A stretch of DNA of 64,000 bases. Source: Sediminicola arcticus (GTDB lineage: Bacteria; Bacteroidota; Bacteroidia; Flavobacteriales; Flavobacteriaceae). The translations under genes were made by a program, and so were the position numbers. Location: contig NZ_JBEXAE010000001.1 of NCBI RefSeq assembly GCF_040566695.1, positions 282,636 to 346,635 on the forward strand, read 5' to 3'. Shown here in pieces: positions 63,181-64,000 of the stretch. Position 1 is the first letter of the stretch; each line of letters opens with the position of its first letter. The notes below the pieces were generated by a model. That model searched no databases. It saw only the letters and a list, made by a program, of their open reading frames with translations, and was not told where the DNA came from.

Positions 63181-64000
63181 TTACATTTTTTTGAGCCAAT
63201 TCTTCATATCTACCTCTTTGGAAATAATTGTTTTTAGATCAGAAATGGAAACTCTTTGCTGTTCCATGGTATCCCTATGGCGAATGGTAACGGTTTTGTC
63301 TTCTAAAGTTTGGTGGTCTACTGTAATACAAAACGGAGTCCCCACGGCATCCTGCCTTCTGTAACGGCGACCAACAGCATCCTTTTCGTCATAAATTACT
63401 TTAAAGTCCCACTTGAGATCTTCAATGATCTCATGGGCTATTTCGGGAAGGCCATCCTTTTTAACCAATGGCAATACCGCCGCCTTTGTAGGAGCCAATA
63501 CCGCTGGTATTTTCAATACCGTTCTAGAAGTTCCGTTTTCCAATTCCTCCTCTTGTAGGGAATTGGCAAATACGGCCAAGAACATTCTATCCACTCCTAT
63601 GGATGTCTCTACAACATACGGCACATAACTTTCGTTCAATTCCGGATCAAAATATTGAAGCTTTTTACCCGAAAATTTCTCGTGGCTACTTAAATCAAAA
63701 TCAGTTCGGGAATGAATTCCTTCTAATTCTTTAAACCCAAAAGGGAATTTAAATTCTATATCGGCAGCAGCATCAGCGTAATGTGCCAACTTATCATGAT
63801 CATGGAACCGATAGTTATCCTGTCCCAATCCTAAAGAATAATGCCATTTAATACGAGTTTCTTTCCATTGTTCGTACCACTCTTTCTGTGTTCCAGGACG
63901 TACAAAAAACTGAAGCTCCATTTGTTCAAATTCGCGTTGACGGAAAATAAACTGTCTCGCTACAATTTCATTCCTAAAGGCTTTTCCTATTTGGGCGATT
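63181..64000 (-). CDS. glyS: Glycine--tRNA ligase (class II dimeric GlyRS), C-terminal portion; the gene runs off the window end
   Basis: Motif 3 and the anticodon-binding domain are present. The reading frame continues upstream of the tracked Met through IAQIGKAFRNEIVARQF…. Confidence 0.9.
   Translation of the reverse strand, partial: IAQIGKAFRNEIVARQFIFRQREFEQMELQFFVRPGTQKEWYEQWKETRIKWHYSLGLGQDNYRFHDHDKLAHYADAAADIEFKFPFGFKELEGIHSRTDFDLSSHEKFSGKKLQYFDPELNESYVPYVVETSIGVDRMFLAVFANSLQEEELENGTSRTVLKIPAVLAPTKAAVLPLVKKDGLPEIAHEIIEDLKWDFKVIYDEKDAVGRRYRRQDAVGTPFCITVDHQTLEDKTVTIRHRDTMEQQRVSISDLKTIISKEVDMKNWLKKM

Overview
This 64 kb window is a housekeeping-dense chromosomal segment from what looks like a Flavobacteriia (Bacteroidota) genome. 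The taxon call rests on gldD-gldE-ssb-mutY synteny, TTG/TAnnTTTG-type promoters, several TonB-dependent receptors and lipoproteins, and the absence of Shine-Dalgarno sequences. I found no rRNA, tRNA, CRISPR array, transposase or integrase. The identifiable content is as follows.
- Vitamin-salvage island at 0.4-5.9 kb. A TPP (THI-box) riboswitch on the minus strand sits in front of a TonB-dependent receptor. Upstream of it on the same strand is a tightly overlapping four-gene operon encoding an MTH1187/YkoF-like protein, PnuC, a standalone NadR-type ribosylnicotinamide kinase domain, and DUF4301.
- Core metabolism and ribosome genes. These are ahcY, rplU-rpmA, the atpDC pair, glmS, panCD, radA, xth, recX and glyS.
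- Fragmented biotin locus at 29.8-39.6 kb. The genes bioB, bioA, bioD and bioF are interrupted by a flotillin/NfeD pair, a FabF-like ketoacyl synthase, a GT39-like membrane protein and a DUF2007 protein.
- Cell envelope, motility and RNA processing. These are gldD/gldE, an HU gene followed by RNase G, and a TonB-dependent receptor paired with an SGNH-hydrolase lipoprotein.
- Conserved domain-of-unknown-function proteins. These are DUF3332, DUF4199, DUF4494, DUF4270, DUF3575 and a SIMPL protein.
Five items are the most noteworthy.
- The riboswitch-linked salvage operon, and a nucleotidyltransferase-like motif in DUF4301.
- A DUF3332 lipoprotein gene broken by two homopolymer frameshifts.
- A 29-aa hyper-basic ORF between HU and RNase G that the ORF track does not list.
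- A 36-bp near-perfect hairpin after glmS.
- A biotin cluster that carries a dedicated elongating ketoacyl synthase but no visible bioC or bioH/G.
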